Shown: positions 1 through 14,710 of the stretch, one piece after another
Layout of the letters: each line of letters begins with the position of its first letter
How positions within the stretch are numbered: the first letter of the stretch is position 1
Assembly (NCBI RefSeq): GCF_037042905.1
Contig: NC_087251.1
Span: 26,972,001-27,036,000 of the forward strand
DNA: 64,000 bases
Reading direction: 5' to 3'
Source: Lytechinus pictus
Taxonomy: Eukaryota
Position numbers and translations under genes: made by a program
The notes under the pieces: model-generated
Databases searched by the model: none
What the model was told of the DNA's origin: nothing
The model's input: the letters and a program-made list of their open reading frames with translations, nothing else

Positions 1-3000
1 TGAAATGTGTATGCAGATATTTGTACTTCACATAATTTAAAATCCTAGTCATGAATTAAAACTAGTTTGAACAAAGGAATTAAACCAACAAGTGAAAATT
101 ATCTCCAGCTGCTAAAAGATGATGGAACAAAATTGTACAATTCAAATTAGAACAAAGGTGTACACCATTCCACCTTAAACTTATGTGATATACTTCATTG
201 TAAAATAATACACACCAGCTACATGTAGTTAGATTTTACCCAATGTTCAATCATAGAGCTATTAACAGCTCCATGGTTCAATCGCACTCAGTTCAGTTCA
301 CTCCTTTTTTTTCTTCTCCAAATTTTCATGAGTAATTGAGCAGGATACTGGTTGATTAGTGGGCTAAAGAATTACCTGAACCAATTTATACCAAGGCTGC
401 ATGATCCACAGCTCTCCTGCAAAACCAGGAAGAGTCTCTCTGTATAGCCTGGTTTACACTCATACATGCAGTTACCTTACTATTTGTTTGAAAAAGTTAT
501 AGTGTAGGCTATGTTGAAGGGATGTAAGAGCTAGGAAACTAAATGATAAAGTACATGTATAAACTATTGATGAATTATAACTTTTATTCGTGAGGCTGCT
601 ACATACTGCATATCTAGGCATATTCTCAGACCATTTTTAGGATATGTGGCATCACATTTGAACATTGCTCTGTGACTCCATCTCTAAAGCTCTGTGGTAG
701 GGACCTATATGTGATAATGTCTCAGAATACATCTGGGGCCCTCTTGCATAAAATCTGTCTTCTAATATTACCAACAAGCTAAAAATCAAATGGTGTTCTG
801 TGTTTGACTGCCGAGATGTGTCCGCAAAGTAGGTTTTGATAGGGACCCTGCATGGTCTGGTGCCATTTTGAGAAGTTGCCTCATATCTGCGCAATTTTTC
901 ACTCGTCAGAGTTTTTTTTATATATTGGTCATTGATCAAATTATCTAGAAGAACTCTGAGTGTATGCATAGTTAGCTTTGTCTGTCATACAGGAAGTTAT
1001 CTGCCCTACCCTTGGGCTTTCGATTTCTTCATCCATTGAATTACAGTCTGTTGAATTCTTGAGTAAATACTGGTTGAATAACGGACTCAACCAGGCAAGA
1101 CATTGATTTTTGTCAAGAGAGAAATGGAACAAAAAAAAGTTTGAAGAATGAATACTAGCTAAAAAAATTCAGCATTGTAACTTCGACAGTATACAAGTCT
1201 GAATGATTGGCGATGGAGAATACATTTGATCTGCATGAATCTTTTTTATATATAGCAGCAAACATGAGATTTCTTTCATTTGGTTTTCTCATACACACAC
1301 ACACTGCGGTGTGAACCATGTTAAAATGCAGCCAATATATATTCCGATGACATAAGGCACTCAGGCATGAACAATTCAATTGTCATAAAACGACTATCCT
1401 TGATAGACATTAGCCCTTTTCTTTTACACCTTCAAATGATTTTTGTGGCTTTTCCTGTATGTGTGGTTGATGATCTTGATCCATTATATGGGCAGTTAGA
1501 TTTTTAAATTTCGTATTTAATGGGATTTTTCAAAGCCGTTTTCATAGCTGTAAATGGTGGATTGATTTACAAATGAAATTTTTTGCATTGTGCTAATGGC
1601 AATAAGCTGATAATTATTTACTTTTCAGACAACAAAAATTTTCCTTAAATTCAGGAAATAGTAGGTCGGGCTAAATTTAAAGGGGGATCTTTAATAATGT
1701 GACTGACATTGTGTTTTAGTCTTTTGGGGGTGTGGTTTATGGGCTGACATTTTAGTCCACCATTTCCTGTGGTCTTTTGGTCTTCTTTCGTCTTCTTTTC
1801 CTTTCTGAATAGAAACACCAAAGAATATTTGCACAAGCTGTTTTCACATGAGGGTAGGGCAGTCATTTTAGACATTGAGAAAAGGGCAGGTTGGTTTATA
1901 TAGGGTCCATGCGTAGATGATATATACACAGTGAGCAACTCGGTGTTTTGTGGCCATTTTTTACCCCTTTTTCCTCCTTTTTAAAGCTGTTTACGATGTT
2001 TTGTAGACCTATCCAAAAATGGCTAGAAAGAAAATTGCAAATTTGTTCTATTTAGTTTTCTTCATGGGCATTAGTATATGAAACGGCTACAATTAAAATA
2101 GTGAATTTCATCCATTTTGTTCAGCTTTGCTGCAGGAGAAAAGAGAGTATTATTATTGTACCTGAAAGTTAATGAGTTTGGACACCTGTCATTTTGTAAG
2201 AATGTGAGTGTAGGATTGCAAGGTTTGCAATTTGGGTAGATTGAACCACAAATCCAACATTATTTCAATTTTGGGCCCTTCATGATTAGAGATATTACTT
2301 TGCTTATCAACCTGTTAATCCATTAACTACTGAACTCTCCATTTGCCTTTAACATACAGCAATGGATCACACAGTTCCAATTACTAGGACACAGGTTAGT
2401 CCTACATGTAGAGTGATGAAATATGAAATGACATCACTCTTTTGAAACATCCTGACATTGACATAATACCATTACTATCACTTACTGTATCTCTCTTTTA
2501 TAACAAAAGAACTGTCATTTCATCCCTCAACAGGATGTGATTTTATTAGGATTTCATGAATTTAACATGTCATGATTGTCATCTAACAGGAAGATATGAG
2601 GTGAATGAGGTACGTGCTTCCCTTGGAGAGTTTATTATGACTTTACCAGTTCCGGTGTAATTCAGGGTGCGACATATCCATCGCTACTGTATGTCTGTCA
2701 AGGAAGAGAGTTGTTGGTGCACTTTATATCGGAGATAATTTATTTGAAGAGTCGTTACCGTGTTGCGAAAAGGGAGTGTAAGACAGAAACCACCCAAATC
2801 ATAACAGGGGAAAGGCATATTTTAGAGAAGAAAATTTTAGATAGAAGATAATTTAGTATAAAGTCATCACTTTGTTGCAAAATGGGTGTGTATAAAACAC
2901 AAGGGAAAGTGGGATTTGTCTTGAAGGTAAAGGTAAAAAAGCCAAGTAATTTTGTTGGGTCAAAGAATAAGTAGTTTGAATGAAGGAAAAATAGAAATAC

Positions 3001-3799
3001 CGGTATACAAATTAACAAATCTGATTATTTCACAAGGAAAAAAAGCCAAAACAAAGAAATTTAAAGTTTGATCAATCAGGTTAAAATCAAGTATATTGAA
3101 TAAAAAAACAAATAAGTTTCATCCCTGATCACAATCTATAGGAATTGAAAATAAAATGTAGTTGAACCATGGAACTGATATTTCAGTTTCAAACAAAGTA
3201 GGCCTACAGCCATTGCCTGCATCATATATAGGCAGCCTATTTCGTATGACATTCACTCAGGTACATGTACCTGTATTTGATATTGAAAAATAAATTTTGT
3301 GGTCTCATAGATGGCATGTTTTCTTGGTATTGCAGTCATAGTGTCATTCCGAGTTCATCAGTTTAGATTTGCCTGTCAGGGGCATTGTACTCTGCCAGAC
3401 GGAAAACAAGATGACAAATATTACAGGTAGCTGTATGCAAATTATATTGTCATACCACATTCTAGCAGGCGAGGTATGAGTCAGAAAGTCGAAAAGTTCA
3501 AGCTGATGATAACGTTGCATATATGAACAAATTTTTTTTTTTCCTATACCTAAGGCCGTATACACACTTCCAGGTTTAAAATTACTCATAATGAATCCAC
3601 TCCTAGACACTTAAAATGGTTTATTGGAGTGGAGGTGAATATCCTGGCACCCTTACATGTATCTTAACAGATCTTTTCCTCATGAAGTATCCTTTCAGCA
3701 TTGCTTTACAGTTTTGTAGCTTTAAAGGCAATATGCCACAACCGCTTTGGATGGCATCAACTTGAGTCCTGAACTGCTCAAAGAGTTCCTTGCTTCTTA

Positions 3800-4250
3800 C
3801 CTGGGGGGGGGGGGGGGGGGGAGGTCACTCGACCACAAAAGTGGTATGTATGCGCTATGGGCGAGACAAAAAACGGGGGCTTTGGAACGAGCTTATTGTA
3901 AAAAGGAGGGTCTTCGGAGCGGGCTTCTGGACTGCAAATATTTGTGAAAACGGGGGTCCTTGGAACGGTTTGCCTGCGTGTGAGTGTGTATGCATCCCTA
4001 TGGAACGGGCATACATGCATGCACCTAGCACGGGCGCCGGGTGCGCTCGCACAGAGGCAATGGTCCGACAGCGCTCTGCGGGCCGCTTTTTCAACATAAA
4101 TGCAGCTCATTGTAGGGGATCAATCCGATCAGAACGGCGTAACAAAAAATATGCGAAGCTTTGGAACGGAAATTTGAGTGTAAGAATGGGGATCCTCTCC
4201 GCTGCACATACTCACCACAGTGACCACGCGTTATATACTGAGTGCACCCT
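3800..4250 (+). mobile_element. Non-autonomous DNA element with poly-G/poly-C termini (copy 1; right end eroded)
   Basis: Clearly homologous along its length to 18275-18771. Confidence 0.8.
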
Positions 4251-5706
4251 TATCACAAATTGTGTTGCTTTACTGAGTAACGTATATCTGATTGCTACAA
4301 AAATAAAAATTTCCCAATAAATGGCCAATGTAATTTGTACCAAACTTCACAATAATTTGTAGTTTTAATAGTGTTATCAGAAAGTTGTATCAAAATTATT
4401 TTATAGGGAAGTGTTTGATGCTGGCGTGGAGGCCAGATTTTGCTGGCCAGCAAGAATACTGGATACTTTAAATATTGCCCAAAGTTCTTGATCATTCTGG
4501 CAGAACTCCCTTTTTAGATCTATTGAAAGACTTAAGAGGCCAAGTAGAAAATGCTCTTTGAAACTTGAGTGATCATGCCAACAGATAAACCACACTATAA
4601 AAGTTTAAGTCACAGACTGATGCTCATCACTTTGCATGACTTTAGAAACCCTCTGTCACCTACACTGTAGGGTCAATATTGATCTTTCATACACGTAAAA
4701 GTTCTTTTCAAATCATTTATTGCTTAAATCATTGTTTTGATGTTAAAAACTGATCCCACATTGAAGTTACCTGCGTGTGTAACATGAATATATATGTACA
4801 CATTGCATGTTTTTTGATTTCATTGATTTTCCTTGGGACCAGGGTGGTTTGATTGATATTGTTTTGAAAGATGTTACAGAATTTTGTGCAATCTAGAGCA
4901 AATATTCAATAATTTTAGACTCAGACAAAGAGGTGCTCTATGTACCAGTCAATTTCAAACCATTTTCATATCGTCATTTTGAATACTGGTGTGTAATTTC
5001 ATACCTAAATAGGAGTACCGTATTATTTACCTTAGATAGTATGCTTTTTGTTGTCGCATGAAACTATAAAAAAGAAGAGTTTGAAATGTATTTAAATCAG
5101 AAAAGATGCGTAGGAATTGATAAAATAGTAAGAATTTTAAATGTCAAATAAAATTCAGTGGAAATGGATCCCACTTCTAATTTTAAAACAATCTGGACCC
5201 AAAAACGAAGGAACAAGAAACCTTTATAGTCAAATCTACATGTACCATTCTTGACACATGATACATGTGTAGTTTCTGTTGAAAAGGCTCTCGATTTCAA
5301 TGGAGTCAACATTTGATATTTGAAGTTCATGATCCAGGAGTCTTGAGAAGGGATGACTTGTCAATCAACGTCTTGTTCTCAAAGCATGATTGTCAGAAAA
5401 CATGCAAAGTTATATGCTACGGGTATGTTTTGTACCATACAAATTGTGAAGCAATATTTGCAAGCATACTGGTAGTGGTAGCCTTAAAATATCAATGATT
5501 TAGTGATGAATGGCCACATGGAGTCACTTTAAGTTTTCCACCGAGCTTTATCTGGAACTGTATCCACACTTGAGAGTAAAATATTCAAACGTTATCACCT
5601 TCACCACCATCATCATCATACGCTAGAGCGTTGAAAGTCAGTCAGCTCAAGCTAAAGCCGGGGTAATGATAATATATTTCTAGATTGATGGTGCTGTATA
5701 AATGCC

Positions 5707-5729
5707 TATTATCATTATTATTATCATTA

Positions 5730-5760
<31 letters not shown>

Positions 5761-5880
5761 TATTATCATTATTATTGTTATTTATATTATTGTTATTATT
5801 GTTATTATTAGTATAATTATTATCATTATCCTCATGATCATCATCATTATCTTCATGATCATGATCATCATCTTCTTCTT
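5707..5880. repeat. (ATT/ATC)n microsatellite
   Basis: Direct reading. Confidence 0.95.
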
Positions 5881-7169
5881 ACATCCTAATTGTCATCAAC
5901 ATTGATATTCATCATTACATGTCTGTAGTGTGATATGACTATTATGAGTAAGCATCCTATTTCTGCCAGTCGTCTGTCTGTACATGGACCTACTATATGT
6001 CCCCTGTCCATACAGACTGTGAATACAAACCACTCCAGGTGAGCTAGAAAATTGAATTTGAATTCTTTCCGCTGGGCTGGAGGTTAGTAGGGAGTTTGAT
6101 ACCCTGGGAGGTCATGAGGTCAGACAAAAATATTCCACTGAGTCAGGTTAACAAAGCTATATTCCAAGCTTTTTATTTTTACAATATTGACTTTGTAAAT
6201 TATTATTACATAGGCCCAGGCCTACATACCCATGTAGTTTCAGGGGTTATTTCTTCTTCAAAATTTTCTGTATGAGATGATATTTGATATATGGAAGCAT
6301 AGTAATCCAAATAGTCACAACTTGGGAATTTGCTGATAAAGAAATTTTGTTAGCATGTTTTCCTATTTTGTTTTGCTGTGTATAGTAGCTTACTTATTTC
6401 AATTTGGTTGGAATTGTGTGTCTCCCCATGATAGATATAGCAACACATTACAAATTATTGCTCTTTACATGTATTTGAAGTTGAGTTTACATTTTTGTTG
6501 CATTTATGATCTATAAATTTACAGCTTTAAAGTCCAAGTAAACTAGTATTACCATGTAAACACTAATACATTGTTCCCTATCATCAGCAGTCATTGAAGT
6601 ACTACTACATATTTCCAACTGGAGAGGGACAGTACATAATATTCACAACTGATTAAATTACATTTTAGAGGTGTGTGCCCCAGTGCCATCAGGCCCATCA
6701 CACTCTGTAATGAAAGTCACGGTCAATGAAATATTCATCAAAACAAAATCCATAATTCACTGATGAAACGAGGTACGGGCATGCATTGATGAAATATCAC
6801 ATTTGTGGAGTCATATTGCTTTTAGCTACAGATCCTGAGTGTAATTTCTTGCTTTTCCCAATCTTTCATCTCATTTTCTACCCCTCCTCCCTGTGAGGCT
6901 CTCCCTCTCTCTCTCTCTTTCTGTTTGTCTCCCTGTCTCCCTATCCATCTTTGTCCTCATGTTCTTCTGTTCATCCTCCATTATACCTTTACTCTTCTTT
7001 CATCAAATCATCCGTGTATATGTGTAACTCTTTCCAACTTGATCATTAATTCATTTGCATATCCAAACAATTTGATTTGCATTTCCCATTTCCAAAGTAT
7101 TCATCCATTTATATCATTATGTTAGCTTCAAGTTCATCCTGCTTGTTGATTTTTTTTGCACATACATAA

Positions 7170-7612
7170 TTCTTTAATACACCCACACCCGTTTCATCAT
7201 ATAACGATAATTTTACGATTGTCTGAATGCAGGGAAGTCTCTTTACATCCACTAATGGACAGGAAGGTATTTGTTGAATTACAGCCATAAATTTGAAAGT
7301 GTGTTGGTCTAGTTCATAAAACTTGGACATAATAGTAATCGAGTATCACTAAACATCCTGTGCGAGTTTCAGGTCACATGATCAAGGTCAAAGATCATGT
7401 AAGGTCAAAGAACTTTGGCCACGTTGGGGGTATTTGTTGAATTGCCATCATATCTCTATGAGTGTATTGGTCTAGTTCATAAAACGTGGAAATAAGAGTA
7501 ACCAAGTATCACTGAACATCTTGTGCGAGTTATAGTAGTTTTCAAAATCAGCACTGCTGCTATATTGAATCGCGTGATGCAGGTGAGACGGCCAGAGGCA
7601 TTCCACTTGTTT
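7170..7612 (+). mobile_element. Fragment of interspersed repeat with AAGGTCAAAG(A/G)TCA modules and ...GCCAGAGGCATTCCACTTGTT end
   Basis: Related segments at about 38380-38570, 38990-39560, 32390-33000, 34860-34960 and 59770-59850. Confidence 0.55.
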
Positions 7613-10279
7613 ATTATGCTAGAGCGCATGTCCCATGGGCATGATCCGACCAATGCGATAATTCATTTTATACTGCCCCAAATGGGAATTTAATTGTGAC
7701 TTTTAGTTGTGCACTTAAATCTTCCTGAAACACCTTCGATATGTTGAGTAGACTTTAGTCCTACATTGTGTGTTTCAATCATATAGTGTCAACTGTGATT
7801 ACAGCTTATGATATCATATAATTAGTCCATGTAATTTTGATTGAACAGTTTGGATAACATAGAGACACACCTTTGATCAAATTAAGATACTTGTTAGATC
7901 AAAATCTAAAATTCCACTCATTTAATATATTGCGCAATCGGTTGGGAAGTTGTAGGTCTTTGAAAGCAGCATTTCAAATGCATTTATTTTCCTAAATATT
8001 ATTCCATCCCCCTCTTAAAGGGATAGGAATTGATTTTTCTCCCTCAAGGATGCTCCAACACCTGGAGGAGACATTTCAATTAGCAGGTGAATGTCATGCG
8101 CTGTTTTGATTCAAGGGTACTAGTACTAGTAAGCCCCCACACCACTGGGATTACTTATTAATCGCCCGCTGGCCTGACTTCTACTTCTGCACTTCCGAGA
8201 GGAGCATCATTACATCGTTGGATGCATATTCATAATTAGCTTTTCCTCCCTGCTTAATTTTATTCAGGCATCAAGCTAAATTCCTCCATGCGTTGCCAGC
8301 AGAGCTTCAATGCTAATATAATATAGGGCTTTTCATATTTTATGATGTTCGTGTGCACAATGATTTTCCCTTGAGAGTAAAAAAACACCCTTCTATCAGT
8401 TTTTGAAAACAAATTATAAACCCTTGCATTATGATACTTGTTAACAACAAGAATTTATAATCTACAAATATCAGATTTTAACTGTAGCTGACAGTAATTA
8501 AAATATTGAGAATGCTTGATGAAAAAGTCTTCTAATAGCTAAATAAAATTTAATTCTGCTAATGTATCCTCCCACTAAATATTCAATGAATATAGCCGTT
8601 GTTCAGGAATCCAATTTAAAGCCCCAAATACTTTGTCACCGTAAAAAACCACTTATACTCGCAATATAATAGAAAATGGTCACAAAGTAATTGATTTTTG
8701 GTCAGTCAATGCAGCTACCAGTAACACTGCTCTTTCTCATCATCCAGGCATTCTGCTTGTCATCAGCTATACACATATCAGGAATGAGCTTTATTTATTT
8801 GCAGGCAGCTCCACTGTATCAAGTGCAATGCTGTTTTTCCGCATGTAAGTAAACAGCAGTGCTCTGTGGTAAGCGTCAAATGGGGCGTGGCACTCTACTG
8901 CTCGCTGGCAGCAGCCCGAGTCCCTGCACTATCTCATACCATGTCTTTGCCCATGTCTAGTGCGTGGGTTTGTAGTGTGTTCAGATCGTGCCCTTGGGTA
9001 TTTTCATAACTCTTCAATTGACATCTTGGTGCATTTCTCCCTGTTTGGAATTGAACCCCATTGTAGCAATGGAAAGCGGACAATAGGTTTATTTGTTGGT
9101 GCATGGCCTTTGTAACCTTGATCTTTGGTGCCTAGGATATTCTTGTACATGCTATGAATGTCCATTCAATTGTATGACCCAGATACAGAAAGGTCAAGCT
9201 TGTGAATATGCTATATCTCTATGAGCTTGCTTAAAACATGGTTCTTTCTCTATATGTAGCTCCATGCTTGAATGTTATATATATATATATATATATATTT
9301 GCATGCTGTGTATGCCTTTACATGATTCCAACCAAAAAGAAGGGTCAGCATAGACTTGAACAAAAATGACAATTTTGATCTGCCTTTCATTCCACTTAAA
9401 AAAATGTATTATGATTTATGATAATTCGGAATAAAAGTTACACCACTTTAATACAATAGCACTAATGCTTCAAAATATAGAAAAAACATTGGGAGTAAAA
9501 TATTGGAAATATATACTGTAATCAATTTCATGCATACTGCATTGAATAGTATAGGCGTAGGCACATTGTGATTAATATTGAAATAGTTCTTATTTCTCCC
9601 AAACCAACAATTCAAACATTGTGGTGCATGATACCAATTTTGTAACCATAATTATGCACAATACCATTTAATGATAATTTGCATTACCTGGCAACATTTT
9701 ACACATTTTATGCAGAGGATTTTTAATGATGCGTCAACGGTAACCTCTCAAATCACTTTAGATTAGATAATTTTACTATCATTCCTCAAATGATATATTC
9801 GAGTACAGTTTATGCTTGGTCAATCTAGCAAGGCTCAATGTTAATCTACGAGCAGCCACAGTTCTGACATCAAATTTGCTCGTTATCATGGACCGTCATC
9901 TCGATCCATTAGCATATTACAGTTGAGGCCTCCAGAGAGGTTATATGGGAGATTCATTATAGGCCCATAGAGGTTATGACCTGTCAATTTGATATAGTGA
10001 TATGATGTGTAATACATACCATTCATATGTCTCATCTTCAGGATATAAGAATACTAGATACAAGTACATGGAGCATTTATTGATTTGAAGTAGTAGTCAC
10101 AGTGACTGTTTTTTTGCATATATCTACATGTTGTAAGTTTTTACATACTTAAACCAAACTCGTGAAATGATGAATGCTTACTTGCCAAAATAGTTCAGCA
10201 TATACACAGGTACCTGTGCTTGGAAAAGACCATTATACAATAGAAAATAGCATGCTCATTGTGTTGATTAGGGTGCAAT

Positions 10280-10625
10280 TAATAATAAAAATAGTTAAAT
10301 TTATATAGCGCTTCATACATTGGTTTCTAAGTGCTTTACATAATTATTATTACCCCGGTCAAAGGATCCATAACTGTTCCACACATAAAGTGCACCATCT
10401 CCACTCCCTGGGGAGTATCCTGGCCAGGCAACTGTTTATCGGTGCACACATGTCAATCTAATCACATTGACGTTCACATCCTATCGCGTACCCATTTAGC
10501 ACCTGGGTGGAGAGTGACAAACATGGATAAGTGCCTTGCCAAAGGACATCAGCGCCGGGTAGGATTAGAACCTCGACCCTTGGTTTAAGAGTCAAGTGAC
10601 TGAACCACTTCACCACGACACCTCC
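10280..10625 (-). mobile_element. tRNA-derived SINE
   Basis: Minus strand: degenerate A/B boxes, core GTCCTTTGGCAAGGCACT...CCACCCAGGTG..AAATGGGTAC, AAGCGCTATATAAAT plus (ATT)n tail. Confidence 0.8.
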
Positions 10626-11816
10626 ACTCATTTTCTATAAGAATCGTTTGGCACATAATTTCCATGTTACATACAAACAGAGTAGATGGTCGTTTCATTG
10701 GATTCTGCTCAAATTCAGATGGATGTGGTTGTTACCACAGGTGAAATGTCTGAGGTTTGTGTTTATAACTTGTGGAAGTTGTGGAAATAGAACAGATGTG
10801 TCGGTGAAACCATGGGAGCCACGATCAGAGACAAAATTAAATTAACATAGAAAATTTAATCAAGATCCATGGAAAACAAGTATTGAACGCTCAGAAAGGG
10901 ATAAATGTCAAGAGAGTTGTTTAAGTTGTTTATGTTGTGTGTACTTGGTCTGAAGTGGAGCATATAATATGTAATAGGGTTTGTCTGGAGGGTGTATTGT
11001 CCATGTGCATTGAATCAGCGAGATGTAGGGAATAGACTCCCACCTCATCACAATAGATTTTGAACACGACACCGATCATCAAAATAATCATTTGTGAGTA
11101 TACTCCTTAGAGAATAATCGCTCTATACACCCTTAACAGTCATCCTTACCATTTTAAGTTCACTAATTTATGTGTGTGTATTATTAAAGAAAAATTAAAG
11201 AACTTCATTATTTCTCTCCTGATAGAGACTGAAGTTAAAAGAATTTCCTATGGTAAAATGAAACTCTAAACGTCGGCGCCCCAACGGCGACCAACCGGGC
11301 GCCGAACGTATTTAGGGCAGCGAGTGAAAAGTGAGCAGGCGCTGCCAGAATTTAAACTCTGCGCTAAATCTTGAGCGGCGACTGAGCGATGCCCCCAAAA
11401 CCAGTGGTGCCTAGGCAAAATTGGCTAAAAATTCGCCGCCCGGTCGCTGAGCAGGCTAAATTTTGGAGTTGTGACCTTAGCCTTTAATAAAGTCAGCTGC
11501 CTACCAGGCTATATCATATATGTGTAGTCATGCATTCTGTGCACAGATGGATACATACATTGCACATTATTTGGCTCAAGCTTTATAATGTCACAATGGT
11601 TTTAGTGAGTATTTAGTTCAGATTTGGCTCTATAATATAAAACATTTAGATGTGATTTGAATAAGAGTTTAAGCATTTTGCTTTGCCTTGTAAAATGCTG
11701 AGTAAAATGCTTAGAAAATCAAGACATTCAACTGTATATTGGCCTTATATACTTGAAAGATGGTGTCTAGAGACAGGCTGTCTGTCTTTCTGTCCAGATA
11801 CCAATGGTCACTTTGA

Positions 11817-12406
11817 TTAAAGGGATGGTCCGGGCTGAAAATATTTATATTTTGATACACAGAGTAGAATTCACTGAGCAAAATGCTGAAAATTTCTTCA
11901 AAATCGGATAACAAATAATAAAGTTATTGAAGTTTAAAGTTTAGCAATATTTTGTGAAAACAGTCGTCATGAATATTCATTAGGTGGGCTGATGATGTCA
12001 CATCCCCACTTTCCGTTTTCTTATGTTATTACATAAAATCATAATTTTTTCATTATTTTATACTTGTGTGAATAATATGTCTCCCTTATAATGAAATAAG
12101 TTGCAGCAATAAATATCTAATGCACTAAATCAGTTGTCAATCCAATTTTTCTAGTTCTTGGAGGAAAAATTTTGAATAAACCTAATTTCATATAATAATA
12201 TACAAAAGAACAAGTGGGGATGTGACATCATCAGCTCACCTAATGAATATTCATGACGACTGTTTTCACAAAATATTGCTAAACTTTAAAATTTAATAAC
12301 TTTGTTATTTGTTATCCGATTTTGATGAAATTTTCGGCATTTTGCTCAGTGAATTCTACTCTATTTATTAAGCTATAAATACTTTCAGCCTGGACCATCC
12401 CTTTAA
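11817..12406. mobile_element. Kolobok-like palindromic MITE (TTAA TSD, AGGG...CCCT ends)
   Basis: ttaa|AGGGATGGTCCgGGCTGAAA ... TTTCAGCCtGGACCATCCCT|ttaa, long inverted arms. Confidence 0.88.
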
Positions 12407-14182
12407 CCGACCTCATACATCATCATTTATAATATAGGAAAATACTTGGATAACCAATAATACTATTGCATCTAGATCTTTTCTATCCACGTTCCCATGT
12501 CAACCAAAACTCCTCAAAAATGCTTTAAACAAACCCACAAATAATGGTTTTGTTTGAGTTGTCAGAATATAAACCAGGAAAGAAAATACAAAAGCAAACA
12601 ACGTGAGGTGATAATGAAGTGACTCATTCATGAAGGCTAAGAAAACTAGATTCAGTCAGGATAAATCGTTGAGCCATGCAAGATACCCCCCCCCTTTACC
12701 TTGGATCTAAATGAAGTTTGAATAAAATGGATTAAATCCCAGGGCTTGTATTTTGACAATGCTTTGAATTCATATGTCAGGTCAGGCGTGATTCCTGGAG
12801 AAGAAAATCAAATTGGAACCATTTATGGATTTTCCGGCAAAGGTTTGAGTTGTCATAATGATCAAAAAGTGAGAGAATGGAATATTTTTTAAAGAGATGT
12901 GGATTGTAATGGCCCAGTGAAGCTTCTATCTTATGTTTTGATAAAGTATGAATATTTATGAGTTTCTCCACAAATAAAAAAAAGTACCCAAGTGACAAAT
13001 AGAAAAAACATGTTAGTGTAAGTGAATTATGCTTGAAAGTGTTGGTAATTGGTATACAAGGGTGGTTTGTAAATTGTAATCATGTAGACCTACTGCTTTC
13101 ATTATTTTTCATAAAGCCTTTTTTTTCAAAATTTGTTTATCATGTGCAGTAATATACAGTTATTCATATATCCCTAATTCTAACAGAATAATTAACAATT
13201 CCTTGAATTTTAGGAGGGAACACACATGCTGCCATTCTGAAATGAACCTTCTCATAGCAGCTGTACATGTACAGTATGTGTCAGAATAAGCCAGATTTTT
13301 AATAAAATTGAGATGACTGTAGTATAATAATATATATTGGCATTATTATACGCCTCTAAATAGATCATAAACATATCAGTGAAGTGATATCAGAAAGTAT
13401 AAGTAAATTGAAATTTATTTCTGTGCTCAGTATGTACAGTGTTTAAATGGGTTTTTTCATGTGTAAATGAAGCTATGCTGGTAAATATTGGAGTTCTCTA
13501 TGCACGTTTAGTTATTGTAGTTCCCCAGGGCGAGACACGTATTACATCGAGTGCCCCCACAAATATGATTAGAATTATGGGGGAGGATGTAGATCCGATG
13601 GGAGGTGGAATTTCGAGTTTGATTTATGAAATGTATTGATATTGGAGAAGGACAGGTGAAAAACAGTTTTGATTTGATTTGCAATGGTTCAAATTCATCA
13701 TTTTAGTAGTGATTTACTGTAGGTTCATAAGTTGCTTTCTTGCTGCAAATGAAGAAATGATGAATGCTAATGAAAACACTTTGGTAAGACTATAAGCACT
13801 GTAGTGAAATGAAAGATTTATCATTGGGCATAGGGCCTATACTTTCACTGTAGATAAGCGTAGAAACTGCAGGGTCCTAATGTGATGTATTCTACATAAC
13901 TACTACACCTATATTGCGCAAATTACTTTTTGAGACAGTTTAAATTAAATTCTGTGAAGTCTGTTGGTTTCATTTGGATGAAAAGCAATCTTGTTGCTTT
14001 GTCTAAATAGTGTTTTTTATGGAAACCTCAATTTTGGTTTAGAAAACCAATGAAAATTTAAAAAGGTACTTGTATAGTTCTGATAATCTAACATATTAAC
14101 AAAATAAAATGACAGGCACAGAGTGAATACCATAAAAATTGCTTGTTTTTCAAAAGCAATTTCCCAGAGAGGTAGTTATGTG

Positions 14183-14538
14183 CAGGGGCGGATCCAGCTT
14201 TTTATAAAGGGGGGGTTGGGGTGGTATGCGATGGAGCGTAGCGACCGAGTCCAAGCGAGCGGAGCGTAGCGACCGAGTCCAAGCGAGCGAGGGGGGAGGG
14301 TGTGGGAGGGGGGTGTCCCCCCTCCCACAGTAGGGAAAATTTTTGAAAATCTGTGTGTGAAAATGGCGTTTTCTTGCATCTAAAACACCACTCTTTTTGG
14401 TATAGAGGTCGTTGCCAAATTAACCCCCATGAAAATTTGTAAAATTAAGTTGCATTTTCCTCAAAAAAGCTGATGGGGGGGGGGGGCAAGGGACTCTGTG
14501 ACATTTGTTCGCCCAACCCCCCCCCTCCCCCAAAAAGA

Positions 14539-14572
<34 letters not shown>

Positions 14573-14710
14573 GCAATAAATACATATAAATAGAATAAAA
14601 TAAAATTACAAGTTTAAAAAAAAAGATAAGATTTAAAAAAATGGTCCCCGGATTTTTTTTTTTTGGGGGGGGTTGCAACCCCCCCAACCCCCCCTCTAGA
14701 TCCGCTTCTG
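14183..14710. mobile_element. Non-autonomous TIR element (CAGGGGCGGATC...GATCCGCTTCTG) with internal 28-bp tandem duplication
   Basis: Imperfect TIRs; GGAGCGTAGCGACCGAGTCCAAGCGAGC x2 at 14233-14288; ATGTG on both flanks. Confidence 0.72.

Noticed and set aside
374..420. Minus-strand AG...GT 41-nt exon-like segment
   Set aside because: No partner exons or recognisable peptide.
3747..4320. ORFs up to 176 aa on both strands
   Set aside because: They lie in a GC-rich non-autonomous repeat; frames are not preserved in the second copy at 18275.
5702..5905. Poly-Ile ORF
   Set aside because: Translation of an (ATT)n microsatellite.
10221..10235. TGG AAA AGA CCA (WKRP) as the end of the missing calpain exon
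   Set aside because: No donor follows and no calpain-like upstream frame.
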